Shown: piece by piece, positions 39,195 through 48,315 of the stretch
Layout of the letters: every line of letters begins with the position of its first letter
Position numbering within the stretch: the stretch's first letter is position 1
DNA from: an uncultured Bacilli bacterium
GTDB lineage: Bacteria; Bacillota_I; Bacilli_A; RFN20; CAG-826
Direction: 5' to 3'
DNA: 64,000 nt
NCBI GenBank assembly: GCA_944336335.1
Contig: CALVLC010000047.1
Coordinates: forward strand, 775 to 64,774
Made by a program: the position numbers and the translations under genes
The notes under the pieces: model-generated
Databases searched by the model: none
What the model was told of the DNA's origin: nothing
The model's input: the letters and a program-made list of their open reading frames with translations, nothing else

Positions 39195-40998
39195 TGAAAC
39201 AAAGTTTAAAGAAGAACTTCTTTCTAATACAAAAATTGAAAATCGTTACGATAATATAAAAGCTGAGATTGAAAAAAGACATGTCGTAATGCTTGAAAGA
39301 AAGCCTAGTTTTTTTGAACGCTTAAATGATTTAACTTCAAGTCGAGCATTTAAATATTCTTTAGCTACATGTGGAGGACTTGTTTTAGTAGCAGGAGTAA
39401 CTTTGGGAATCTTGCTCCCTCAACTTGGTGGAACACCAGACGTGCCTGATGTTAAATCAGCACCTATTTTTTTGGGAGTTAGTTTAAAAGAAACACCTTC
39501 TAATGAACTTAGTTTCTCTAAAAATCTTAATTACGCAGAAGAGTTAACCGAAACTGATAGAGACATAGTTCTTGATAAGGATTCCGATATTATTCTTGAT
39601 TTAGCTTTTGATAATCCTGACGAATTTGAAATTGATTCTTTTGTCGTAAGCGAAAAAGAAGGCGGCGATAAAACATATACAACTGCCGATTATCTTGAAG
39701 GTTCCAATTTTGACCATATTTATGTGAATGTAGGAAAGATGGAAGAAAGTGTACTTAACTTTAAGATACAAAATATTACTTATTTAGATGGTGGTGCTCA
39801 ACGACCTGTCATCATGAAAGGAGATAATACTCTTGCAGTATCTCCAACCCCTCTTCCACCTCCTATTGAAGATCATGAATATACAATTTCTCTTGAAAAT
39901 TCAGAAATATATATTGATTCTGCAAGCTTTTTATTTGATATTAATGATGAATATAACATGCTTCAAAATATGAAAGCAACATTATATAAAGATGATTTAG
40001 TCGTTGAAGTTAAAAATGTTACTAACGAAAAAGAACTTAACGTTAAGTTTGATAAATTAGTTTATAACAGCGATTATCATTTGGAAATTGTTGCCGATAT
40101 TACTGATAATGGTGAAGTCAAGGATAACGTGACTATTATTGAACATGATTTTTCAACTGGTAAATATTTTGATGATATTATTGTCACACCAAGTTTTGTT
40201 AGTGCTGAAGTAAGTGTTCAAAACATTAAAGAGAAAATTACACTCGATTCCGTTAGTGTATTAAGTGCTGATAATGCTCTAGTCAAAAATATTACAAATC
40301 CAGGTACTGATTTTACTATAGATGGTTTAAACGCTAATACAGATTATAAATTAGAGTTTACTTTCTCTTTGAGAGGTTCGCACGTTTATAAAGAGACAAA
40401 AACAATTAAAACTCAAAAATACACAGTCCCATCTTTAGAAATTACAACTTTAGAAGTTAGTGGTTCAACTGTTGATTTCAGTTATACATTATATGATCCA
40501 AATAACATTGCTGAATTTTCGAAAATTGAGCTATATCGAAACGGCGAAATCTTTAAAACTTCTCAAAAAGATACTTCTATGTTTGATGGATTGACTCCTC
40601 TTTCAAATTATGAATTAAAAGTAATTTATACTTATGATCTTCACGAAGGAATAGGGGGACAAGAATTAGTTGCTACCAAAGCATTTGAAGTAAGTATAGA
40701 GGACTTATCAGTTGCAGATGTCGAATACGAAAAACCAGCTCACACTGGAAACGATATTCCTATTCGAATTCAATTAAGAAATCAAAGTTCATTAGATGTT
40801 AGCGGATTTGTTATTAATGGAGAAGAATATCAAACTACAAAAGAGATGGATGGTACTTATTTAGTTAATTTAGATCCAATATACAGTTCTGGCACATTCT
40901 ACTATACGATTACATCATGTATATGCGAAATAGATGGCACAGTAAGACAAGTCGAATTATCCTCTACATATGATTTTGAAATCGATGTAATTTTTTAA
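39184..40998 (+). CDS. Putative anti-sigma factor: short cytoplasmic N-domain, one TM, large extracytoplasmic repeat region
   Basis: Overlaps the sigma gene by 11 nt, with RBS GAAAGGAGAG. One TM span (FKYSLATCGGLVLVAGVTLGILLP). The extracytoplasmic part has FN3/Ig-like repeats (NANTDYKLEFTF, LTPLSNYELKVIYTYD). No zinc-binding anti-sigma motif is present. Confidence 0.55.
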   Translation: MQFDETKFKEELLSNTKIENRYDNIKAEIEKRHVVMLERKPSFFERLNDLTSSRAFKYSLATCGGLVLVAGVTLGILLPQLGGTPDVPDVKSAPIFLGVSLKETPSNELSFSKNLNYAEELTETDRDIVLDKDSDIILDLAFDNPDEFEIDSFVVSEKEGGDKTYTTADYLEGSNFDHIYVNVGKMEESVLNFKIQNITYLDGGAQRPVIMKGDNTLAVSPTPLPPPIEDHEYTISLENSEIYIDSASFLFDINDEYNMLQNMKATLYKDDLVVEVKNVTNEKELNVKFDKLVYNSDYHLEIVADITDNGEVKDNVTIIEHDFSTGKYFDDIIVTPSFVSAEVSVQNIKEKITLDSVSVLSADNALVKNITNPGTDFTIDGLNANTDYKLEFTFSLRGSHVYKETKTIKTQKYTVPSLEITTLEVSGSTVDFSYTLYDPNNIAEFSKIELYRNGEIFKTSQKDTSMFDGLTPLSNYELKVIYTYDLHEGIGGQELVATKAFEVSIEDLSVADVEYEKPAHTGNDIPIRIQLRNQSSLDVSGFVINGEEYQTTKEMDGTYLVNLDPIYSSGTFYYTITSCICEIDGTVRQVELSSTYDFEIDVIF

Positions 40999-41108
40999 TA
41001 AGAAACTTCATTATTATCATATTTTTGCTTTTTTAGGCATTTGAAAATATTTTTTAAAAAAATAAAATAATATGAAATATTTTTCATACTTAAGTTGTCT
41101 TTATTGGT

Positions 41109-41354
41109 ATGAGGACAAATATTGCTATTTTAACCATCTTCAAGATGGTAATTAAAAAAGAAAAGTTTAACACAAATGATCTTGTAAAGATTACAGGTTG
41201 TTCTAAAAGAACCTGTTTTCGTTACATCAAAGACATTAAGGAGTTCATTAAGGAAAACACACGTTTTGAATTAAGATATTCAGCACATCTTAAAAGTTTT
41301 GTTCTTGTAGAAACAAGAGCTAAAGCGAATAAAGATAATGCTTTACAAGATTGA
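41109..41354 (+). CDS. Small HTH-domain protein (HTH_11-like)
   Basis: 81 aa. FNTNDLVKITGCSKRTCFRYIKDIKEFI is a helix-turn-helix pattern. Confidence 0.5.
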   Translation: MRTNIAILTIFKMVIKKEKFNTNDLVKITGCSKRTCFRYIKDIKEFIKENTRFELRYSAHLKSFVLVETRAKANKDNALQD

Positions 41355-41481
41355 GTTTCGAAAATTCATAGTTGTTTTTAAAATTATTTTTAAGCATCCA
41401 AGTTTGATTGCTTAATTATTTTTTGTTATTAAATTGTTATTGTTCAACATTAAGATAACGTTAATTAAAATACGAAAATAA

Positions 41482-43597
41482 TTAATATATTTTAGAATTG
41501 TAAGTCAAAATCAACTTTCTATTGAAACTTTAAGTAATAACTTAAAGTCTGCAATGGAAGTTGAAAAGAAGGAAGCAAATAAAACTCAGCTTGTTTTAGA
41601 AGAAAAGGCTGCAGAAGAAACTTCAAGTAAAACAACTACATATGACTTTGAGGTATTTGATGATAACCATTAAGTTACAACTGTAACTAATGAAAAAGGC
41701 GATATATCACGTTATTATCGAGCAATCAAAGATAATAAATTCTATTCATTATATAGAAATGGAAGTGAAACAACTGTTCCTTATGAAGGAACTGCGGATA
41801 TCACTTCTCAAAATGCTGAAGAATATCAAACCATAGTTGATACGTTTGGAGGTGTCGAATTTGGATATGAAAGTTCATATAGTGGTGTAATTGATTACCT
41901 TTATGAAAAAAACTTTAGGTGATTCTTCAATTTATGAACAAAATGATGAATTTGATCCTTTCGCTTCTTCAACAATCGTCAGCGATTCTTTTGGCGCATC
42001 AATTGATATCATGACAAGAATTCAAAGTGAAGATTTCTTGGGAACTTATGCTTTTGACATTCACTTATATTTCGAATTCAATTTATATGGCGATTTATTA
42101 TCTGCTACATATAAAAGAAAAGATTATGAAGGTATCGAAAGTGTCGACCAAGAAATTACCGAAACAACAGCATATGATTATGAAAAGATTAAAATTTCGT
42201 TAACATATGGAGAAAAAGGTGTAGACGAAAATAATTACTTTAACTTAAAAGAATATTTCTTTATGGACTTTACTCCAGAAGTTTATTTATCAAGAGATTT
42301 AACAGAAGAAAGTAAAGTAACGGCTGACACAGATGGTAAGTATGGAGTAACAGTCGATGACACTGTTTACGTTTCTTTAAGTTATGTATTACTAGAAAGC
42401 GCTATGCAAGATGTCGATAAAATCGAAGCTACTTATGAAGACAATGAAGGCGGTGTTATTGGAGCAATTTCTTCAACTAGCGACGGACTTTTCTATTTCG
42501 ATGTTCTAAAAGATGGCGAAGCAACAATTACTTTAAAGAGTAAAAATGTTGAAAAGAAAATTACTATTAAATCAACTTATAACTCCGTAGAATCCATATC
42601 TTTTGATGAAAATATGGTTGATACAATGCTCGCTTCAAGTGAATTAAAACTTGCTGCTAGTGTATCGACTGATGAAGGAATTAAAAGTGGTGAAATATCT
42701 TTTGAAGTAGTTGAATATACAACAGACGGAGCAACAATTGACGCTAGACCTGATAGATGGGGAATTAGTAATGAGTGTTACTTAATTGCTTGTATAAAAG
42801 CTGGAACAATTAAAGTTAAAGCTACCTCGGTTGATAATCCTGAAGTTTCAGCTACTAAAGAATTTACAGTTAAAGAAGTTCTAAGTATTCTTGAAAGTAT
42901 TGCAGGTAAAACTTATAGTGCTTCATGGAGTGAATTTGATGCTTCTACTTATGGCGATATAACTTATTCGTATAAGGTGACATTTGGAAATGATGCAAAC
43001 AACTTAACGGCGGAAATAGAATATTCTAAAACAACAGAGCCTTGGTACGGTGAAAGTGAAAAAACTGCTGGCAAATTTAGCGCAAGTGTTGTCCAAGAAG
43101 GCACAAATTTATTATTTAAAGTATTGACAGCAATTGGAGAAGCAACTATGGAAGTTAGTGCTGTTCCTTCAAGTCTTTCTATTTCACTTAATAACGATAT
43201 GAGTTTTAAAGACTTAACTGTAAAAGTAGATGATACAAGTAAAGCTTTAACTGAATATGTAGATATTGCATCTTTGATTGTTGGAAAGACTTTTAAACTC
43301 GAATGGACTTCTAGTTATGGCGGAAGTTGCTCCATGGATATTTCATTTGACAATTCTACAGGTTCTCTTAGTGCAACAATTAATTATTCAATTGCCTCAT
43401 ATTATAGTGATACCTCGACTGGCAAATTTACAGCTTGTGTAACTATTAATTCCGGTTCCATTACTTTGACAAATTTAACCTTAGTCGAAGGTGAAATTGC
43501 AACTTATGATTATCCACCAACAGAATTAAATTTTACCGTTAAAGACGGCGAGGTTACTTTTTCTTATGAGTCAACCGGATCTGGTTGGGATTATTAA
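41482..43597 (+). pseudogene. Decayed Big_2-domain surface protein gene (N-terminally truncated, nonsense codon plus frameshift)
   Basis: The frame is open from 41482 with no signal peptide or start codon. There is an in-frame TAA at 41671-41673 (FEVFDDNH*VTTVTNEKG). A frameshift in the A7 run 41906-41912 joins ...IDYLYEK to the track ORF 41891..43597. Big_2 signature: ELKLAASVSTDEG...GTIKVKATSVDNPEVSATKEFTV. By eye it resembles the 15582 product. Confidence 0.6.
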
Positions 43598-43619
43598 AGT
43601 GAGAGGAGATTAATAAAAT

Positions 43620-44785
43620 ATGAATAAGTTGAAATTATTTGTTTTCCAAGCATTAGTTACACTAGGAACCTTATGTATAACAAGTTGTGGAGAAAAAACA
43701 GAACAACCAAATTTATCTCCAGTTACAAACTTGGGTGATGAAGAAAAACCTGCTTTTGTTGATCTTGCCGAAATTAGTCTAGAAAATACAACTTTACATC
43801 CAAATCAAACTTTAAAATTAACTGGGCCAGAAAATGTAACTTGGTCTGTTAGTAATGATTTAGCAACCATTAGCGAAGATGGGACAATAATGGCTGGTGA
43901 AAAAGATGGAACTTTCATTGTTAAGGCCACAAGTAAAACTAATGGTGATATTTCTGTACAAAAACAATTTACAATTCATACAATGTCTTCAAAAGAATTA
44001 TCAAATAAAATCTATTCTTGGGCTGAAGGCTATAATTATACCATGAATTGGACTGGTAAATTCTTTAATGAAGATGGTAGTGAAGTAACCGCTGAACAAA
44101 TTATTAAAGATTCAGAAAGTGTTGGAAGTACTGATGCTTCATTAATTTACGAAGATATGGCAATAAAAGGCAATATGGTTAAATATACAAACGATGCTTT
44201 TTATTGGAAATATGGTGTTGATGGTTATGCTTAAGCCTATGAAGGTGGTTCTTATAATTCACCTATAGATGATGGAATTGTTTGGGACTATAACGTAGTA
44301 GATGGAAAAGTAGTTAAAGGTCGCCTGATTATTATGATGGTTGGCTTCATTTAGGTGATTATAAATTGCTGTATACATCAGATTTAAGTTTCTTTATTAG
44401 AGATGAGTTTAAAGTAGAAGATTCTAATTTAACATTAAGTGATGATAAATCAGCGTTATTATATGACGCAACTAAAGACGCTAATAATTTTAGAGATAAA
44501 AGCGAACATAATAGTGATTATTCTTTACCAATAACGCTTTGGGGAATTATTGATTCTAGCTACGCACTCCAATTCTTTGATTTTGGATGGAATGAAGACG
44601 TTACAGGTACCATTTTCTATGATGATTATGGTTTTACAGGAAAATTTACTTTCAAAGATGTTGCTATTGGAACCGCAAAGACTTACGATTATGAGGCTAT
44701 TTTCACAATTGCTGATATAGGGACAACCGTCATCGATGGTATTGATGAATTAATTGCTAGTGATTTGGAATCAATGGGCGAATAA
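43620..44785 (+). pseudogene. Decayed Big_2 lipoprotein gene (nonsense codon plus frameshift; track ORFs 43620..44234 and 44366..44785)
   Basis: Lipobox LCITSC|G and a Big_2 signature (LKLTGPENVTWSVSNDLATISEDGTIMAGEKDGTFIVKATS). The in-frame TAA at 44232-44234 (GVDGYA*AYEGG) falls where the paralogues read GYAK/GYAQ. A 1-nt deletion near 44321-44326 (GGTCGCCTGAT) shifts into the frame of 44366..44785 (RSPDYYDGWLHLGDYKLLYTSD). Confidence 0.65.
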
Positions 44786-44818
44786 CGATTTTAACAAAAT
44801 CAAAACTGTCCAATTCTG

Positions 44819-44860
44819 AAAATGGTTATTTAAGAGTATTTCAAAAATAACCATTTTTTT
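44819..44860 (+). terminator. AT-rich hairpin terminator
   Basis: 13-bp stem AAAATGGTTATTT / AAATAACCATTTT (44819-44831 / 44845-44857) with a 13-nt loop, running into a T tract. Confidence 0.45.
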
Positions 44861-45072
44861 AAAAATGATGATTTCTATATTTTTCCGTAATTATGAGAAT
44901 AAAATTTCCTAATTTAACAATAATTATTTTTCCAAACTATTGATTGAACTCCTTAAATTTGACAGTAACGCGAAACTATTTATTCTCTAAAATAGAGAGT
45001 GGTTTCTTAATAGTAAAGAGTGCAATTTAATGCGTCTTTCTTTATTATATTAGTAGTAATTTTTGGTGAATT

Positions 45073-46233
45073 ATGAAAAAGAAAGTTAAATTTACAAGTG
45101 GAAGTTTGTCATTAGTATTTCTTGGAATAATTTTGATTCTATTGCCATTTATTAATTCTAAATTTGATGGTGATTCGAGAGACGTTGCTAGACTAGGTCT
45201 TTTGATTTCTATCGGAATGATATCTTTAATATTTGGCGTAACAAAGTATCTGCTTAAAGAACAATCTAAACTAGAATTAACTAATTCTTGCTTTGCCTTT
45301 TTAACGCTATATTTTTTAATCGAGGGTATTTCATTCTTTAGCTATAGTGAATTTGGAAGAGGATCTTTTGTAATTGTTATATCACTTTTATTTTTCTTTT
45401 TACGTTTTGTTTTTGGCTACCTTAAAGCAAAAGACAACTCAAATTTAATTGATAAATACTTGGAAATATACTTAAGTTTTGCGTTGATTTTGTTATCAAG
45501 TACTTATTTTATTTATTCTTCAATTTTATATATTGATACATCAATTGTTTTAGCAATTATTGTTTTGACTTTAACGATTATGTTTGCTTTTGCCAGTATA
45601 ATTTTCTTATGTTTAAAGGAAAATGAGACAATAAAGTTTAACGTTTCAGCTTTTAAAAACACCTTAGCAGTTTCTTCTTTAATACTTTTTGGTGTCTTCT
45701 ATTTTCTAGTCTTTACTTTAATATATTGGGATGTTGATTATACAGGTATTGAAGTATATAAATATGGAAATTTGATTATAGGTTTAATTTCTATTGCTTT
45801 AGGCGTTGTTCTTTACTTCATGTTAAGGAAGAAAAAAATAGACGATTTTTATGTTTATTCAATTTTCAGTACGCTAATTGCAATTTCAAGTTTTGTTATT
45901 TTTTTCTTTAGAAATGGCGTAAGTAGTGTTGATTTATTTATTTTGCGGTTACTAGCTTGTATACTTCCTTGTATTATTTATTTCCTTAAGTTCGTTTTAA
46001 GTGAAGTTATCGAACTACCAATTTGGACAGAAATTATAATAGTAATTTGCAATCTTGAATTTTTTATTGGTAGTGGTATACCTTTTGTTTCAAGCATGTT
46101 CTCTTTCAATAGTTTACCTGAGCCTAGTTTTTATATAACTTATGTAGTTCTTTTTGGAACAGTTTCAATGGCAATACCATTGATTTATAATGTTATTCAT
46201 ATTTTAGAGATTATAAAAGGTAATCGTTTATGA
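45073..46233 (+). CDS. Hypothetical polytopic membrane protein
   Basis: 386 aa with about 10 hydrophobic spans and no recognisable motif. It is the first gene of a tightly packed three-gene unit. Confidence 0.6.
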   Translation: MKKKVKFTSGSLSLVFLGIILILLPFINSKFDGDSRDVARLGLLISIGMISLIFGVTKYLLKEQSKLELTNSCFAFLTLYFLIEGISFFSYSEFGRGSFVIVISLLFFFLRFVFGYLKAKDNSNLIDKYLEIYLSFALILLSSTYFIYSSILYIDTSIVLAIIVLTLTIMFAFASIIFLCLKENETIKFNVSAFKNTLAVSSLILFGVFYFLVFTLIYWDVDYTGIEVYKYGNLIIGLISIALGVVLYFMLRKKKIDDFYVYSIFSTLIAISSFVIFFFRNGVSSVDLFILRLLACILPCIIYFLKFVLSEVIELPIWTEIIIVICNLEFFIGSGIPFVSSMFSFNSLPEPSFYITYVVLFGTVSMAIPLIYNVIHILEIIKGNRL

Positions 46234-46251
46234 TGATTGTCAAGGAGTTTT

Positions 46252-46812
46252 ATGGATCTTGGAGATAAAATATCAGAAGCTAGAAAAAAGAAAGGTTTGA
46301 CTCAAAAAGAGCTAGGGGCTTTACTTCATGTTTCCGACAAAGTCGTATCAAAATGGGAAACAGGTAAGGCTTTACCTGATTTAGATATGTTTAAAAGCAT
46401 ATCAAAAGTTCTTGATATTAACATTGATGAAGTGTTTGATAAGGTGGAACTAAAGCCAAAAACTTCACAACTTTTTTACGATGTAACTTTTTTGCAATAT
46501 TTAAAATTTATATTAATAAACATATTTGTTTTGATTTTAGGGATTATTATTTATAGTTCTGGTTATAACATTGCTTCAGGAAATACATATTTTAATGCAA
46601 CTATTTTTGAAATTTTTAAGTTAATAAAGGATTTACTTTGTATTATTAGTGTTATTAGTGAAATCGTTTTAACGGTTAACTATTTAATTGCAAGCAAAAA
46701 TGTTTATACCATATTTAATAAAAGAAATATTGTTACTATGTTAGTAATTTCATTTACTTATTTAATTGTTTTTTTAGTCGCGATAGGATTAGGTCATTAT
46801 ATATTCATTTAA
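46252..46812 (+). CDS. Membrane-tethered XRE-family HTH transcriptional regulator
   Basis: HTH_3 motif LGDKISEARKKKGLTQKELGALLHVSDKVVSKWETGKALPDLDMFKSISKVL, followed by 3-4 TM spans. I prefer the ATG at 46252 (AAGGAG 4 nt upstream) over the track TTG at 46237. Confidence 0.7.
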   Translation: MDLGDKISEARKKKGLTQKELGALLHVSDKVVSKWETGKALPDLDMFKSISKVLDINIDEVFDKVELKPKTSQLFYDVTFLQYLKFILINIFVLILGIIIYSSGYNIASGNTYFNATIFEIFKLIKDLLCIISVISEIVLTVNYLIASKNVYTIFNKRNIVTMLVISFTYLIVFLVAIGLGHYIFI

Positions 46813-46813
46813 G

Positions 46814-47506
46814 ATGAAAATAAAAAAACTTTTGCAATTAACTCTTTACCTTTTGCTTCAAATATCTATTTGTTCATGTGCGACTGTTGAACCTCTAAGT
46901 TTTGATGTTTTTTATAGTTATCTTCGGGGCAATGCAATTGAAATTAGCTTAGCTAGTTTTGGTGAAATGCCTTATTTTGACAATAAAATTGTTGTTTTAA
47001 GAAATATTGAAAATGAATCTCGAACTAATTTTAATCTTTCTAAATCCAACGTTGAAACCTATATCAAATACAATATTAATCTTTTAGAAAATAATGATAT
47101 TAATACTGAATTTCTATCTAATAATATCTATGTGCTTGACGTTAAAAATAATGTTTCTTACGCCTTTAAAACCGAAACTAAAGATATAAACAAAAAAATT
47201 AAAGAAATTTATGAAGAAATGGATTTAATATGCAAAGCAATAGAAAGTTATGAAAGAATAGAAGAGAGTAGAGAACCATTTAAGCTTATATCAATTCATA
47301 ATTTTGATTATTTAAATGTTCCATATTGTTCATTGTATGCAACTTTTTATTTGTGGAAGTATCGTTTTAGCGAACTTTCAAGTTTTTATATTCTTGAATC
47401 AGAAATTGAATTTAATCCTGGCTCTAAAATAAATTATGGGAGTAATGGAAATTACTCAAATTGGCTTAATTTAAACAATCAGTTTAAGATGATAATGTCA
47501 ATATAA
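46814..47506 (+). CDS. Hypothetical secreted protein or lipoprotein
   Basis: N-terminal signal-like MKIKKLLQLTLYLLLQISICSC|A with an atypical lipobox. It starts 1 nt after the upstream stop and ends 4 bp before the IS21 terminus. Confidence 0.55.
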   Translation: MKIKKLLQLTLYLLLQISICSCATVEPLSFDVFYSYLRGNAIEISLASFGEMPYFDNKIVVLRNIENESRTNFNLSKSNVETYIKYNINLLENNDINTEFLSNNIYVLDVKNNVSYAFKTETKDINKKIKEIYEEMDLICKAIESYERIEESREPFKLISIHNFDYLNVPYCSLYATFYLWKYRFSELSSFYILESEIEFNPGSKINYGSNGNYSNWLNLNNQFKMIMSI

Positions 47507-47556
47507 AAGTTGCCAATTTTCGGAATTTAATTAGCCAATTTTGGCAACAGACATTC

Positions 47557-48315
47557 CTAATCGTCATCTTTGAAAAAGGACAGCTTATCTTTAGTTCTAT
47601 AAGAAGGCCCAACGATCGAGAAAATCTTGGAATGATGAAGCAAACGATCCAAAATTGCGTTTGCAAGAACTGTATCGCCAAAGACTTCTCCCCATTTATT
47701 AAAGCTTTTGTTAGTAGTAATAATTGTAGGATGTTTTTCGTAGCGTTTACTTATTAGCTGGAAAAATAAATTTGAATCTTCCCTTGAAATTGGAAGAAAG
47801 CCAACTTCATCGATGATTAAGACACTATATGAAGTAAAGTGTTTTAATCTTCGTGCAAGCGTATTTTCCATCTGTGCTTTTTTAAGCTGAGAAATTAAGT
47901 CATTGGCTGTAATAAAATAAGTTTGAAGTCTATTTTTAGCTGATTCTATTCCTATAGCGGTTGCTAAATGAGTTTTACCAACACCAGAAGTCCCCACAAA
48001 AATAATATTTTCGTTTTTTTCAACGAAACGTAAATTTTTAAGGTCTAAAATTTCTTCTTTGTTTAATTGAGGTTGAAAGTTAAAGTCAAAGTCTTCGAAA
48101 GTTTTTATAAAAGGAAAATGAGCAGTTTTGATCATTGATTTATCAACTCTTTCTTGTCTAAATTCAAGTTCTCTTTCGCTCATCGAATACAAAGAATCAA
48201 GAAAATTTAATTCACCAGAATTTACCTTGTCAATATAATAATCTAGATTTTGTGAAAATGTAAAAAGTCCAATGGAGTCGAGATTATTTTTAAGTTTATT
48301 GTAATTATTGATCAT
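47557..48315 (-). CDS. istB: IS21-family helper ATPase IstB
   Basis: Walker A VGTSGVGKTHLA, Walker B LIIDEVGFLP, 252 aa, positioned downstream of and overlapping istA. Confidence 0.9.
   Translation of the reverse strand: MINNYNKLKNNLDSIGLFTFSQNLDYYIDKVNSGELNFLDSLYSMSERELEFRQERVDKSMIKTAHFPFIKTFEDFDFNFQPQLNKEEILDLKNLRFVEKNENIIFVGTSGVGKTHLATAIGIESAKNRLQTYFITANDLISQLKKAQMENTLARRLKHFTSYSVLIIDEVGFLPISREDSNLFFQLISKRYEKHPTIITTNKSFNKWGEVFGDTVLANAILDRLLHHSKIFSIVGPSYRTKDKLSFFKDDD

Noticed and set aside
2065-44234. TAA reassignment or programmed read-through as an explanation for the in-frame TAA codons (2065, 34627, 41671, 44232)
   Set aside because: TAA is the normal terminator of most genes in the window. 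Three of the four affected genes also carry frameshifts or truncations, so ordinary pseudogenisation, or a base error for 2065, is the simpler reading.
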